Assembly: GCA_040357565.1 (NCBI GenBank)
Contig: JBDODJ010000056.1
Reading direction: 5' to 3' (one strand)
Length of the DNA: 64,000 bases
Source: Cercozoa sp. M6MM
Lineage: Eukaryota; Protista; Endomyxa: Ascetosporea
Shown here: positions 1 to 13,709 of the stretch, piece after piece
Layout of the letters: every line of letters starts with the position of its first letter
Position numbering within the stretch: the first letter of the stretch is position 1
The notes under the pieces: model-generated
The model's input: only the letters and a program-made list of their open reading frames with translations
Databases searched by the model: none
What the model was told of the DNA's origin: nothing
Position numbers and translations under genes: made by a program

Positions 1-679
1 AACTGCTTTGGTAGCCTATAATTCTTCGCTAATGCAATACTGTCAAAATCAATATATAATTTCAACTTCTTCCAGTTTCAGTTGGCGTTCGTTGTTTGGT
101 AGACGCGAATGACCTTGATTAGAGCGCTTCTGCTTTTCGCACTGATACATGGCATATATGCGGCCCGGTGGACTGCCGATAGTGACGCCTACACTTCGGC
201 ACGGACCTCGTATCGTTGCTTTTTGTCTGGGAGCCTGCCAATAACAGTTTCGTTTTGTTGACTGGGTGTTCTTAACAGAATCTTATCTGCACGGGGACCT
301 ACGGTACGCTTTCCGCGAGGAGAAACATGGCCATACGCCATCACACCTCCGTAAACTCATGGCTTCAGTGGTGTTCATTACAGTAGCAACCGCAGCACCG
401 CAAAAAAAAATTGCACTTGCAGACCGTCGCCCTGTCGAGGCAATAGCGTTTTTTCTGCGGATTCATTCGGACACTCAGGGTCGAGTTGGGTGCAGTACCC
501 CACGACACCTGTGGTATGATACGGTAGCATTCATCTCTAGGCGCAAGAGCGTACTTTAGTTGCGGCCAGTGTAGATAGAGATACACGCACCGTCGCGCGG
601 AGGCAGTTCCGGTCCAAACACGAGTCGAGCCAGCGAGAGCGGTTGCGAAGACCGTGCAGGCGGTCCAGGCCGTCGCCAT
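1..679 (-). CDS. Hypothetical protein, 3'-partial, possible signal peptide
   Basis: ATG at 679 opens MATAWTACTVFATALAGSTR followed by a GT donor; downstream exons not resolved; no family recognised. Confidence 0.3.
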
Positions 680-1081
680 GGCCAGTCGTTGTCGCAACCG
701 TACAATCCAGAGCCAGTCAATGAGCCCGAACTTTTGTTCCCTCAGTAACGTTATTCCTTCAATTTTGGGGATTCTAACCTATACACTGCCCAAGGGTGTT
801 GTTTAGTTGGCAATCACAAGAGAACGTGGACCGACTTCGACAACTTCATTCCATGTCGCCGCAGCGTCGTCCTCGTCGCTGCAAGAGGTCTTCCTTTCTA
901 TACACGTGTCACTTTCAGATTTTCCATTGACGATATGACTCTAACAGAAAAAAACGATCGACGTTGTCGAACTGTTTTGGGTGCACCTCAGACTGAGTCT
1001 CGCTCAACTGGCAACTTTAACTGAAACACTCAACTTGAAACAATGTCACTTTCGGTTACTTTCGAGCGTTCTTAGCGAATA

Positions 1082-2617
1082 CTAAGTGCCGAGGACTGTG
1101 CAACTTATTGACAGATAGAGCCATGTTGGTCGCACACCTCCTAAATTGGCGCATGACAACATATCGATTATAAAGTTGTAGTGGCACAGGCAAAGTTGTA
1201 GTGACAAAGGTACGTTCGCAGACACAAGCCGCATCCAAACGAGGCTCGAATCCGCCACCGGTGCATCAGTGTCTTGAGGTAGCACTGGCATTCGTGGCGT
1301 GCTCATCGGTGCGGTGCCAGAGTTGATGCAGTCACCGCAGGCAACTGAAGGCAGCAGCACAACGACGCGCGTGCGATGCACAAGTGTCGCGCCGTTCGAC
1401 ACAAAGGTTACCGATAGCGGAAACGGTAAAGGCACGGAACGAATCGCGGCGCCTGCACTGCTGTCTCTGTATTCAGTTGCGTACTTCAGCACAGCATTGG
1501 GAGCGAGTGCAACAACATGAGCTGGTGTCACTGGGTTTACTGCCACCAGGTACTACAGTATAAGACACGTGTCTTTGCGCTACCCTGACTGTACAGAAAG
1601 GACGTATCATACCAGTGCTGTGCTGTCTCGTTGAATTACATGTGGGTACTCGAGCGACAGGAACTGCAACACTCACGACAAATAGAACCAACTGAAGACC
1701 CTGTAAGTGTAGATATTGGTGTACCATAAGGTTGTGGACAAAAGGAAAGAAGTATCGTGCTGCCGCGCTTTCGACACTGCGTGTGGCCTTTGCTGTCGCT
1801 GGAAGCACTTTCGACAGCGTTCGTCGCGCCCGTCCTTCGTTGGGCACGAAAGGATCATCGTGACTGCCTTCTTGACTGTCAGAGATGTAGACCCGCGCAA
1901 GTGGTGACTTTGATGGTCTGTTTTGTTTAAATGCACATGTACGAGCAGATAGAAAGAGAAGAGTTAAACATACGTATGCGTAAACACACTGAGCGCATGC
2001 GAACGACAGACATACACTGCAATGCGACCAAAGAATGGCGGATGTGTCGTGACGATTTGCACCTTTTCCATGTCGATCGGAACGGAGGCAGTTTCGCCGA
2101 CAGTTTTGTCGACAGGAATGGCTTCATTCGGCACTGCGAGAGCTTACAGTTTGAGTGACTTACGATAGAACGAACAGAGAGCAGACAGAGGGCACCAAAA
2201 ACAAGGCGACGCGAAAGAGCGCCAAGTGCCTGAAACTGCGAGAAGAACTCTTGCAGATAGGTATGCACTCCCATAAACAAGCCGCTCAGACGAGTCTTTC
2301 TCACGGGGACGATCACGTCGCAATGCACCGAGTCTCGTTGGATTCTCATATCGTCAGTCCGTGCTTTTCAAGAATTACATAATTTACTGTGCATACATCT
2401 ACCTGTAAACACTGGCTAAAATACGAATACCCCAATTCAAGTGACGCAGCCGCATTTCGAGTGCAATCGCCAGCGCTGCACGCAACGACATGTCCTCGTC
2501 TATCTCTTCGTGCTTGTTTTGAGCATGCTTTGAGCGCTTCAACGAGACGAGAGACGGTGCTACCGACATGTCCGTGTACTCTTGTCGCCTACTAAGTTCA
2601 AAGGGCCACGTCAACAT
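1082..2617 (-). CDS. Hypothetical multi-exon protein
   Basis: Chain of same-strand ORF segments (2399-2617, 1927-2349, 1673-1936, 1082-1546) separated by GT..AG intron-like stretches; no motif recognised. Confidence 0.35.
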
Positions 2618-2896
2618 GGCCTCTCGCCTGAAAGCTGAAGAAAACTGACCCTGATTTCTCTACCACTTGCGGAGAGAACATCATATTTTTTACAGCCGAC
2701 AACGACACGCCTATAGAATAGGGAACGAAAGATCAAATTAACGAAGATGTATGGGATGCGCATAAGGGTATATATAGCTTAGATAAATAAGTGGTGAAAG
2801 CTGTCTACCTAGAGAAGAGCCGAAGGGAGCGGCGAATTCAATGTGTCGGGCCAACTGTACCGGCAAGCTGGCCTTGCTTTGCTTTGTCAGCGTAAG

Positions 2897-5573
2897 ATGC
2901 CCGTGTGCATACAAAAGCAGCGACGTGGGTGAGAAAGCTTCGCGCTTCGCTCTCAGAATCTCAATGCACTCGCTCACAAGATTACGCGTTGAAACCCAGT
3001 ACGCCAGTGGCTGATCCGACGCTGCGTGTATTGATCGAACGAACAGTGACGGTATTCGCTGCCGGTCAGTGGAAACAAGTTACTAGTAAATTACATTGGA
3101 TCGATTGATTGCATCGTAAAATTGAGACAGATAAAATAAATTTACCTGCGGTTGAATCCGTGCGAAGCTGTCGACCGACACTGTAAACTCAGAATCGACG
3201 CGAGGGTAGTCATGGATAGCAATGCCCGGCGATTTCCTTGCCACTAGTACTTGCACCCTCTCTCTCAGCAAGGGGTCTGTGGAATTTGTACTCGTGATTC
3301 GCTTTTAAGTTTTACTACGCGCACCGAGTGTAACAACAGGGATTTCAAAGTTCACCTCTTTGGACTACGCCTTCATCGACGACTCGTTGAAAGAGCTGCA
3401 GAATACTGGATCTTTTCTGCAGGCAAAGACACAAGCCACTTAAAGTTCAGTTGTTAAGTTGTTCAAATTTACATGCGAACCGTAAACTTAGTGTTCGAGT
3501 GAAAGGTAAGTTACCTCATCGGATACTTCTCGCAGCCAACCGAATGAAGAAGGATCCTTTGACAGACTGCACGGACACAAGGATATATAGACTGACGAGG
3601 CTTGGCAGGCTTATCGACCCCAAAAACAATTTTGTAACTGAAATTTCTTTTACTCAAAAACGCGTTGGAACTCTGTCGCGCTTGCTTCGCTGAAATCTGC
3701 AAGGGCATACAGTGCAGTGCCTGCAAAACATAGGCATGCTGTTCTTAACATGCAAGTTAGAGAGGCGCTAGTGACGAGCCCTTCGGAGAAATGACTCTCG
3801 AGGCGGAATACTTTGACCAGTGCGTCAATGCACGTCAGTGCAGCGTGGGGACGAGGTATGGTTTGCAAAAAAAGCAGTGGCATAACACTCCTGTTGCGTT
3901 CCGTGTGCTGTTGTTTGTCCAATCAGTGTCGCCATGCGCTTTCTCGGTGCGGTCGCAGTGGTTGTTGCTCTCAGCTGCGTCATGCGCATTCTTGCACAAA
4001 TCCCGGAAGCACCGGCGATCCCAAGTGTCTCAAAACAAGAACATAATGACAGCTCGGGACCACCTCCAGTTGTTCACATGTTGGCTGCGCGGCAGGTAAA
4101 AAGAACTGAGGCTCGACTTGTCGATGCGTTTTTCAATTTATGATAGCGAATTCCGCTGGTTGTTGATGCAGCACGACATGATGCAACAACTGGAGCTTTT
4201 TACCAACCCTAACGTTCCTGCCTTCACAAAGCAATCTGGTTCCGTGTTCATGACGGCATTTGCGCCAATCAAGCGTCAGCTAGTTGCACTGCGCCGTGCA
4301 GCCCTTGCAGGCAACGAAGCAACCAAGTAAACTGCTTTGCAAAAATACTCAGTGAAGTTGTGCTTCCAAACTGATGCCATGACTGATCAGTATGGAGTCC
4401 GAGTGGGCATTGGATGTGTCCGCAGTCACGAAGATCCTCGTGTCGTTCAATCACGATGCGTCCAACGTTCTGCGCGACTCGTTGCAGCAGAGCATTGTGG
4501 CTCGCGCTGCTGAGGAGTTCAAGACAGTGTCTGCCAACAAAGAGGGTCCGTCGCAGAGCGAAGCTGATTCTGTGCACGACATGTGGCGCAATCGGTACAG
4601 TACAGCAGGGACTACTGTATAAAACTAGTCGAGAATGGGCATTTTGGCCGCAGAATCGCCGAAGCGATGAAGAAGTGGCACTCGGCGGGCGATGCGATCC
4701 AAAATCTGAAGCCTCCCGACACGCTGAAGAGTGCAATTGATGCCAACTCATTGCAACAAAGCATTGAAATCACGATTCACGCCGCACAAGATGCAAGCGA
4801 CTTTTTGACCTTCTTTGGCGCCGAGGTGGCGCTGAACGGCATTGCATTTGGGTTGTCCTCCAAGCGACTCATGGAAGCTGCCACTTCGACGCAAGAGGCG
4901 CTGCGTCGCTTTGAAATCCTTGCCCGTCGAATCGCCGACGCCTTCTCTTCTCCCACTTCTTTTGTAATTTTTACCACTTTCAGTTGCTTTTGCTTTAAAA
5001 CTAGAATAAATGAACAGAGTGGCGAGTCACAAAAGTACGCCACTGCCTTTGAGGTGGAACTAACGGATCACATCTCCCGCTCCTTCGAGTTCGACGAGGA
5101 GGCAAAAAGGGTCGCTCTCGAACGCGCTTCACTGTTCGTCGCCGGAACAGCAGATGTATGGAGGGCTGTCCTGCTTTCACTGTAAATTTATGTCCATTGT
5201 AGCTGCTCAAAGCTTCGTTGTCGGCGAAAGCTCTAGAGGGCATTGACGCCCCTGATGAAATTTTAGAAAAGATCTTGATTTCTCCGACCACGGAATTGGG
5301 TACCTACCACTCATGTCTCATCGTGTGTCAGTTCGTTTTACGTGACACGATTGTACAGACACCTTAAAGCTTGATCGTGAGAAAGCTATGAAACTCGACG
5401 GAACCGGCGTGTCGCTGCTTCGAGGTGCCGCAATCGGCATCTTAGGTGAAGGCGAGGCACTACTTCCACAGGCGATTTCGTTGCTTCGCGCAAATGCTGC
5501 CTTGACGCACATGCAGTTAAGCTTTTTTGTGGCCCAAGCTTCCCAAGGCACCAAAGATGACTCGGCGCAGTAG
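2897..5573 (+). CDS. Hypothetical alpha-helical multi-exon protein; weak resemblance to exocyst Sec5/EXOC2 C-terminus
   Basis: Exonic ORFs 4118-4330, 4392-4622, 4583-5185, 5388-5573; C-terminal LTHMQLSFFVAQAS recalls the EXOC2 end from memory only; start uncertain. Confidence 0.35.
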
Positions 5574-5939
5574 ACAACTTGGAATTTCAGAGAATACGGT
5601 AATTCAGTTGACAGCCAAGCGCTACACCTTTTCGTCGAACTCCAAGAAGGATCGATGACATCCTCCGGGATACGCGAGCGGACTGTGGAGGGAGTAGCGT
5701 AGCTTTCTTGAGTTGTGGGCATCATGCCCTGCTGCCCGCGAAACAGTATTTCAGTCTCTCTCCTTAAACGAGCTTCTTTCCAAGTAATGTTTTCAGCGTA
5801 CGTTCGCGTGTCTATATCGATAAACATTCATTAATGATAGCAACCTTCGAGAGAAGCGTTTTTCATAGGAAACTGAGCAGAATTGTGCGGGGCACTAAAC
5901 GCAGCGGAATATTGGAGCTATGAGCACAGGCGTAGGTCT

Positions 5940-8346
5940 ATGAGCGAACGTATAAAGGTACCCTCTGCTCGGTCTCAAATTTTGCAGTTTGCGCCACCAT
6001 TTTGCTCTGCAGGTGTGTCTTCGAGTGAGAGGAGGCACGCAAGCGGGCGTTAGTTCACACCCGGCCGTTTCTGTTTTACAGAACAGGGTCCTCCTCGTTC
6101 GAAAGACGGCTTCATCCAAATACCCTCCGAGTCGTGGTGTCGCAACTGCAACCCAAAAGTTTTGCTTTGACCACGTGCTCGACGCCACAACATCACAACG
6201 GGATGTTTTCAAAACGTTTAAACATCTACTGCCACTGGTTTTGCGAGGGATAAACTGCACCCTGCTCGCTTATGGAGCGACATCGTCGGGGAAGACACAT
6301 ACATTATTCGGGGCAAAAGATGAATCTGGAGCGATCAGTCTCGCTCTTCGGGAGCTGTTTTCACGGACCACCAGCGACACGGAGCGTGATTTCACCATCC
6401 ACCTCGCATGTTTAGAAATCTACAACGAGCAGGTTGTTGATTTGCTCCCCCACGGAATACACGAAGGAGAGTTGCGCGAGTCCAAGCCTCTGTCACTTCG
6501 CGAAGACGGTTGCAACAGCATTGTTGTTGCCAATTTGCGCTGGCACAAAGTAAGTTGTGTGGACGAAGTGCTGGGATTGTGCGACATTGCGAGGAGGCGT
6601 CGCGAGACAGCTCCTACAGTCGCGAACAAATCATCTTCGCGTTCACACTGCATAGTGACTGTCTCCGTGAAAAGCAAACCTAAAATTCCCGGGCTCACAC
6701 AAACTCACACTTTCGCAAAGTTCCACATGATCGATTTAGCTGGAAGCGAACGTGCTGCCTCAAAAAGCTACGGGTTGGCAGGCAATCGAGGATTACGGCT
6801 TCGCGAAGGAGCTCTAATAAATAGATCACGTATGTTCCGTTTGGTTTTTTCTCCCAGCTACTGCACTGTAATGTATCGGATGTTAGTTCTCGCACTTGCA
6901 AACTGCATCAACTCACTTGCACACGGGAGCTACGTTAACTTTCGTGACAGTAAGCTGACGAGAATTCTGCAGGATTCTCTTTCTGGAAAGGTGCGTTCTG
7001 TGTAGTTGGTGCTTTTGACATGTAAGATGGCAAGCCTTTGTTTGCAGGCTCACACTGTCTTGCTGGCACACATTTCGCCGTCAAGACAGTTGCTGGATGA
7101 ATCTTTGAACACCCTAAAATATGCGCGTCGTGCGAAGAACATCCGAGTCCCTCGGATCGTCGCAAACACGAAGAGCGTCACCTTGCGAGTAGATGAATAT
7201 GAGCGAGCTATCCAATCTCTACGTTCTCAATTGCTGCGAGCAACTACTTCTGCGAGCGGAAAAGACAAGGCTGAAACTGTTGCCATGCAACCTGATATGT
7301 AAGTTACGTTGTTCTCTTTTATCTTGTGCGCCAAAACACCCGCCGACATCCGACACCTGTAGGAAGCAACTGAAACAACGCGCTCTCGTATACAGACAAG
7401 AACTGGTACAGTATAAAACAATAGCTGCACGGATACAGCTTTAAATGTTAACGCCCGCTTCTCAGGGAAAGATGTTCGAACTCCTCCGTACAAGCCGTGC
7501 TGAACTGGAACGTGCCACACACAACGAAAGCCCAATGTACCGAATGCACACTTTTACCCTAGGTTCAGCTCCACTCGGCAGAAAGCTCCGAGTCATTGTG
7601 GTCTAGGATGATTGAGCAGCTTGAAAGAAAAGTCGTCGAAGCTGAGCGAAGGATAACAAAGTGGAGAAGCAGCGTCATTGATGCAACGACGGATCCTTTT
7701 GTGATTGCTTTACTTGAGGAAGTACGATCTACTATTTTCAATTAATGGGTACGAATGATGATGTAACTTTTTCCTGGACTTGCAGGAGTACAAGCAACAG
7801 AGAATACAAGACGATTACCACACCGCGAAGCGCATGGCTAGTAAATTTTAAGTTTATTTTTCAGCACCCAATAAATGAACTTTTATACGATATACTGTAC
7901 ATTATGATTCAGCAAGAGCATCGAAGCGGGTTAAACAGTGCGAAAACGCACTTTCCATTATGTTCGAACAACTTCAAATGAGAGAAAAACGATTGCCTCG
8001 GAGCACGAAGCGAGCTCTGCCGCGGTCTTGGCAATCGTTAACACAATTGCGTAGACTTGTGAGGTATCGCGTGCGCATGAGGTTTTGCATCTGCGTGTCT
8101 AATTATCGTCTCCAGGGATTACCAGTACACGCGGTCGCACTCAACATCCAGTCTATTGCCTTCACATGCAGCGTATCCTTTGCCAACTTTTTCGGAGTGG
8201 GGGTGAAAAGCGGGTGTAAAGGGGAATGTTCTGACGATGCAATTTTGCACAAAGGCGGAGAAGAAGTGTTTCTGACGATGACGACCTTGCCTCTTTATCC
8301 TCCACTGTGGTCTCTGCAAAGTCTACTCCCCATCCCGTATTTTTAA
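5940..8346 (+). CDS. Kinesin-8 family motor (KIF18/KIF19-like)
   Basis: MSERIK|VCLRVR start, P-loop YGATSSGKTHT, LEIYNE, SSRSH, IDLAGSER, LREGALINRS|LLALANCINSL, FRDSKLTRILQDSL, AHISPS..ESLNTLKYARRAKNI, then coiled-coil exons; 3' end approximate. Confidence 0.9.
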
Positions 8347-8746
8347 AACCTACTGCAACGGCAAGTCTGCTCAAACCGTCAGTTATTTCCTGGCTGTTGC
8401 TAGAGTGAAAGAGAGGTGACGCGGCGGCGTCTGTCGCAATTGCGCGCACGCACGCGTCGCCTTGCTGTGGTTTGTGCATTTGGCATTTTACCCAATGAAG
8501 AAGCATTTTAGCATTCTATCAGGCGAGGAAATCTCTCCAATCGTCCAGTAATTTCACGTCTCCTGCCGCACTAGCCCCAAGGCGTTCCTTCGCATTTTAG
8601 GCCTCGTGCCTCAGTCCCTATCACACTCAAGATACGCTGTCACGCCACAGGCCAACAGTAGCCGGTTGCCGGAAAAATACTGTACAGTAAATACTGTACG
8701 GTGTGAGCAGTGCAAGCAGCTCGTGCAGTACAAGTACAACCCCACG

Positions 8747-11005
8747 ATGTATTCGGTAGATCCCTTGATCATTCAGCAGCATTTTTGCGTGGCCACCGAT
8801 CAAAAATCTACTCTTTTTTATGGCCGACAGGCATATCTTGGACGCCACGCACAGCGCCGTCTCAAGGGCACTTTGATCGTGGACAACCCTTTCACCGGTA
8901 ATTCTGGTGCGATGTGTGCTGGTGCTTGTACATGTAGCGACGTTGTGCATCTGTTCCTGAAGGTGGTGTCGCTTGCAAGGTTGCCTTACCCTCTGACGAA
9001 GGATGTGTCAGGTATCATATTACCTCCTTTCCCTTTACCCCTTTACCTCCTTTGCCCCTTACCCCTCCTCGGGTGTCTGCAGTGCCGTGCAAGACTCGCA
9101 CCGCGCGTTTAAGTCATGGCGCACCGTACCCTTGCAGGACAGAATGGCTCTCGTGGACCGATTCATCGACAGACTGTCGGCTAACACGGACTCGATCGCC
9201 AGCGACGTCTCTCGAATGATGGGCAAGCCGTATCACCACGCACAGGGCGAGGTGAAAAATGCCGTCGCGCGTGCCAAGTATCTGCTCTCCGTGGCGCAAA
9301 CTTCCCTCGCCGACCAGGTGCTGTTTAATACCTCAAGAATCTCGACTATAGGACTACCCCAACACAGGTGATAGCCCAGAGTAAGACAGGCGTGCGCACG
9401 ATACGAAAAGAGCCGGTCGGTGTCGTTGCAGTGTTGTCGCCTTGGAACTACCCACTACTGTGCACTGTGAATGTCCTGGTTCCTGCCATCCTTGCTGGTA
9501 CAGTACGATCCCTGTGTCCGTTGGTGCACATAGTGTTTGAGCCACTCAGGCAACGCCGTTCTCGTGAAGCACAGCGAGCGATCGCCGCTCGTGGCGGAGC
9601 ACTTTGCCACTGCGTTCAAGCAAGCGGGCGCGCCGGACTTCCTGGTGCAACCACTGCACGCGACGCAAGAGCAACTGCACGCCAAGGTGCTCACGGATCC
9701 GCTTGTTGGCTACGTTGCCTTTACTGGTTCGGTCCAAGGTACAGCAGGAATAGGTTGACGCAGCAGGGGTGTCACAAACATGACATGTGAACAGGAGGTC
9801 GTGCTGTCTACGAAACAGTGGCCTCGCGACACCCGTTCTTCTGCGACGTGGGACTCGAACTCGGTGGAAACGGTAGCTCTGTCTAATTTGTCGTTATTCG
9901 GACACTTTCAGTGAATCGTTCTAACTGTACTGTATTTGCAGACGCGGCCTACGTCGCTTGTGATGCGAACGTCAAGGAGGCCGCTGCCGGCATCGCCGAA
10001 GGCGGTTTCTTCAACGCAGGCCAGTCCTGCTGCGCTGTCGAACGTGTCTTTGCACACGCATCAGTGTGCCTCTATTTTACTTAACCCCTCCTTTTATTTC
10101 CTCAATGAGATACACTATTTGCATGCAGCTACGACGAGTTGCTTCGCGAGCTGCAGTTACACGCGGAGGCGCAGGTGCTGGGCGACCCTCTGGAAGCTTC
10201 GACTACGATGGGCCCTCTAGCGCAGCCTCATCGTACGTGACCCTGCTCTCCCTTGCGTATCAATGTCATATGTGTAGACGCCGAGCACGTGCAAGCCCAC
10301 GTCGATGATGCCGTTAAGAAAGGTGCACGTGTCTTGTGCGGCGGCCATGCGCGCGGACGTTTTTTTGAACCCACCGTTCTTGCTGGTACAGGTGGACCTT
10401 ACCTGTGTATCTGTACAATGATGTCTGTACAGATGCGACGCCGGAGATGCGTGTCATGCGCGAGGAGACCTTCGGGCCGCTGCTACCAGTGATGCGTGTC
10501 TCGTGTTACGCCGATGCGCTTGAGCTGGTACCTTGTGCCAACTGGTACACTGGTTCCTCTCCTCCCTCTTTATTGATCGGTGAACACAATAGATCAACGA
10601 TTGCACACTCGGCCTTACTGCGTCAATTTGGACGGAGGGTACATCCTCCCAGTAGTCACAGTTAATTTATGATTTCTAGTTTGTGTAGATGCGAAAAAGG
10701 CGGACAACTTCGCGCGCGATGTTTCCGTCGGCACTGTCGTACATTTTGTTTTACTTCACTCAAGAGCTATGGCATTCTCTAACTGTGCAGTTTCAAAACG
10801 GATGCGATAACCCGCACCCGTCGCTGCCGTGGAGTGGTACTTCGCTCGCTAAGGTTTGGTTTGAGTTTGTCACCCTGATATGTCACCTGGTGCAGGACGA
10901 CGCGAGTCCGGCAAGGGCCTGTCCCTCAGTCACCTGGTGTTCGATTCTGTGACTGCGCCCAAGTCACTCAACCTCCGACGCTCCCTGATGTCAACACCCG
11001 AATAG
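8747..11005 (+). CDS. Aldehyde dehydrogenase, 14 introns, probable mitochondrial transit peptide
   Basis: Spliced: MYS|AYLGRHAQRRLKGTLIVDNPFTG, EPVGVVAVLSPWNYP, GNAVLVKHSE, FTGS, ELGGND, FFNAGQSCCAVER (catalytic Cys), EETFGP, PWSG|RRESGKG; TAG at 11003-11005. Confidence 0.92.
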
Positions 11006-11034
11006 GGATGGAAGATGATGACGTCAGCTGACAG

Positions 11035-12230
11035 TGTCATCTCAACACAATCTACAATATCGGTCTACGATCACCAGCACTTCCTATACAGCGACCACCA
11101 TGCTGTTATGGTCACAGTGGAACGAGCAGTGCGTAAACCAAATACGTCATACGGAGGAAGAACTACAAAAAGATAGATCTCCGCCCCAAAAGTACACAGA
11201 ACATGAAACTTATTAAGGAACTGAAAAACAAAAATGAAGATGCATCTGGACTCGAAGCACTCCTCATAAACATGAGAAAACAGCTCAGACAAAGCCTTCG
11301 CATTGATAAGCAAGCTCTATGGCATGAGAGAGTGGCCAGACTGAACGCACACACAACAATCGGGGAGACCACTCGACTACTGAGAAACATCAAAGACACC
11401 CCCGTAAGGAGCAGTAACCACTGCACACAGTGTCGGATACGCCGATGACTCATACGTCATAGTAAGGACAACAAAGAGATCAGACACGCAGGAAGCTTGT
11501 AAGCGCCTCTTGGACACAGCCACCACCTGGGCAAAACGCAACGGCATGGAATTCGCACCCACAAAGACTCAGTTCATCCAAATGGGAAAGAAGACAATCA
11601 GAGACTTCAAAATCAGAATGAAAACACTGTCCCACGATAACTAGAGAGAAGACATCGAGCAAGTAGACAAAATGAGAATTCTAGGTCTCCTCATAGACAG
11701 AAACCTGTCGTACGAGGCACACGCAGAGCAACTACACCACAAAATCACTCGGAGGGTCAACACACTGAAAATACTGATATACACAAGGTTTGGACTCACA
11801 CAATACCTAGCGGTACAGATATACAAAGCGTGGATACTGTCATGCGCTCGATACGGCATCGCGCTCTGGTGGCACAAAATTGGCAGCACAAAATGGAGGA
11901 GAAAACTCGAAATAACACAACGCACCGCCCTGAGGATATGCATGAGACTACCCACGAGCTCTCCTAATGAGGCAGTGTACACCATCACCGACACAGGAAC
12001 AATCGGAGAGATGGCAGAACGGGCAGAAGCGACAGAACTAGACGCCTCTCTACTTGCAACCCGCTACCTGCACCAACCATGAAGTCGACTTCGGTGTCTG
12101 GGAACGTCAAAAAGGAGTTTTATGGTTCTACTCAAAGCGGGCGGTAGCCACGGCCAGGCTCTTGTGACCCACCCCGAACTGGCGCAGGGGAACTACAAAG
12201 TTGGTTTCCTAGAGACTCAACTAACTAACT
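11035..12230 (+). mobile_element. Non-LTR retrotransposon (APE/RT LINE) copy 1, 5'-truncated and internally deleted
   Basis: Endonuclease SDH motif (11090-11098), GYADD RT motif, near identity to 49356-51179, frameshifts, ends CTCAACTAACTAACT. Confidence 0.88.
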
Positions 12231-12302
12231 ACTGTTTGGTTCGACCGACGTCCTTGGCGGCACGGAAGTCACCGCCAGTAGGGAAACCGTTTTGAAGTTC
12301 TC

Positions 12303-12326
12303 GATTGGCACCTTATTCTGCCAATC
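12303..12326. promoter_or_regulatory. Inverted pair of CCAAT-like boxes upstream of cystinosin
   Basis: GATTGGCA-ccttattc-TGCCAATC about 210 bp before the ATG. Confidence 0.3.
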
Positions 12327-12537
12327 ACAAATAAGCAGGAGGTCGAACAAAATAAAATAAAAGAAACAGTGCGTGCGCTATTCGCTCAAGGGCTCCGAGG
12401 TGCACTATAGTTGTGTGCATACTTTCTTTCAGCACAAAACGCAGTGCACCGCACTTTAAATTGGTACTCGCGCACCCAATCATCTGCATATCTGTCTGTA
12501 AGTTTACGTTTGTTGCGCCGCTGGCACAGAGAAGAGC

Positions 12538-13107
12538 ATGCTAGAAGAGTTGTTTAGTGTCGGTGATGACAAGGACTACAAGTCAGAGGGCGTGCGTATC
12601 TTGTACGTTTGTTTTCGGCGTGTATTTTCGGTTCAACGAAAATGTGGTAATGGCAGCTCAATAGTGGCCGGTTGGACATTCTTTCTGTCATGGTCGATGT
12701 CGTTTTACCCGCAAGTACCTGACCTGTTGGTGTGCACGCAATCATTGTGATGCTCATACCTGGGTGTAGGTGCTTTTGAACTGGCGACGCAAGTCGGTGG
12801 TTGGCTACTCGCTGGACTACCTGACGTACAACATTACGGGCTTTGTGGCATACTCGATCTACTGCGTCGTCACGATGATTCAGCAGAAGAGGTATGACGA
12901 GATCTCGCAGTCTGTGAAACCCAATGGTATAGTATCCCATTTACCTTTTGTACCCTGCCATCCATCAGTATTTTTGTGTTTGTGTTTATTCTGCCGTTCA
13001 GACACTGCGTTCGCCGTGCATGCCGTCGCCGTGAACCTTTTCGTTGCTTTCCAGTACGTCACACTTATTGAAATCTTCCGCTATATCTATATATATATAT
13101 ATATGTA

Positions 13108-13161
<54 letters not shown>

Positions 13162-13661
13162 GCCTACTTGTCTTGAGCCGACGTGTTTGATTGATTGGTT
13201 GCTATCTGTGTGGAGCAGATGCATGATCTATGAGCGTGGCACCCAGAAGGTGTCGCCAGCCTGTCGCAACAGCGTCATTTTGATCCTCGTCATTGCTGGC
13301 TACAATGTCCTGCTCGCCGTATCTTTGTCTCCAATCTTCTTCTTGTATGCTTTCCTTGAGTCTACCCTTCCCCTCGTTTCCAGGGCCTCGGCATTATGAA
13401 GTGGGCCGTGACGCCGGCCTCATCCCCCGGTGAGCTCAACGTCGTCGAGTACTTTGGCTACGTTAAGACCTACATCACGTTCATCAAGTACGTGCCGCAA
13501 GCCATCCTCAACGTGCGCAAGAAGAACACGATCGGCTGGTCTATCCACATGATCTGGTTCGATGGCTTTGGTGGTGTCCTGGCCTTGGTACCTCTGCCTA
13601 CCTTTTGCCTCTGCTTTTCTGTGTGTTTGTGTGTCTGTGTCTGTGTTTGTATCTGTGTGCC

Positions 13662-13709
<48 letters not shown>

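Noticed and set aside
4595-4608. Apparent 14-nt ultrashort intron gtacagtacagcag
   Set aside because: An ordinary ~73-nt phase-0 intron (4528-4600) restores the frame equally well
8606-8830. Zinc-finger-like N-terminal extension (CEQC..HFC) on ALDH
   Set aside because: Better explained by ATG 8747 plus a 75-nt in-frame intron giving a transit-peptide-like start
12030-12050. LINE copy 1 deletion caused by splicing
   Set aside because: Deleted segment lacks GT..AG ends on either strand
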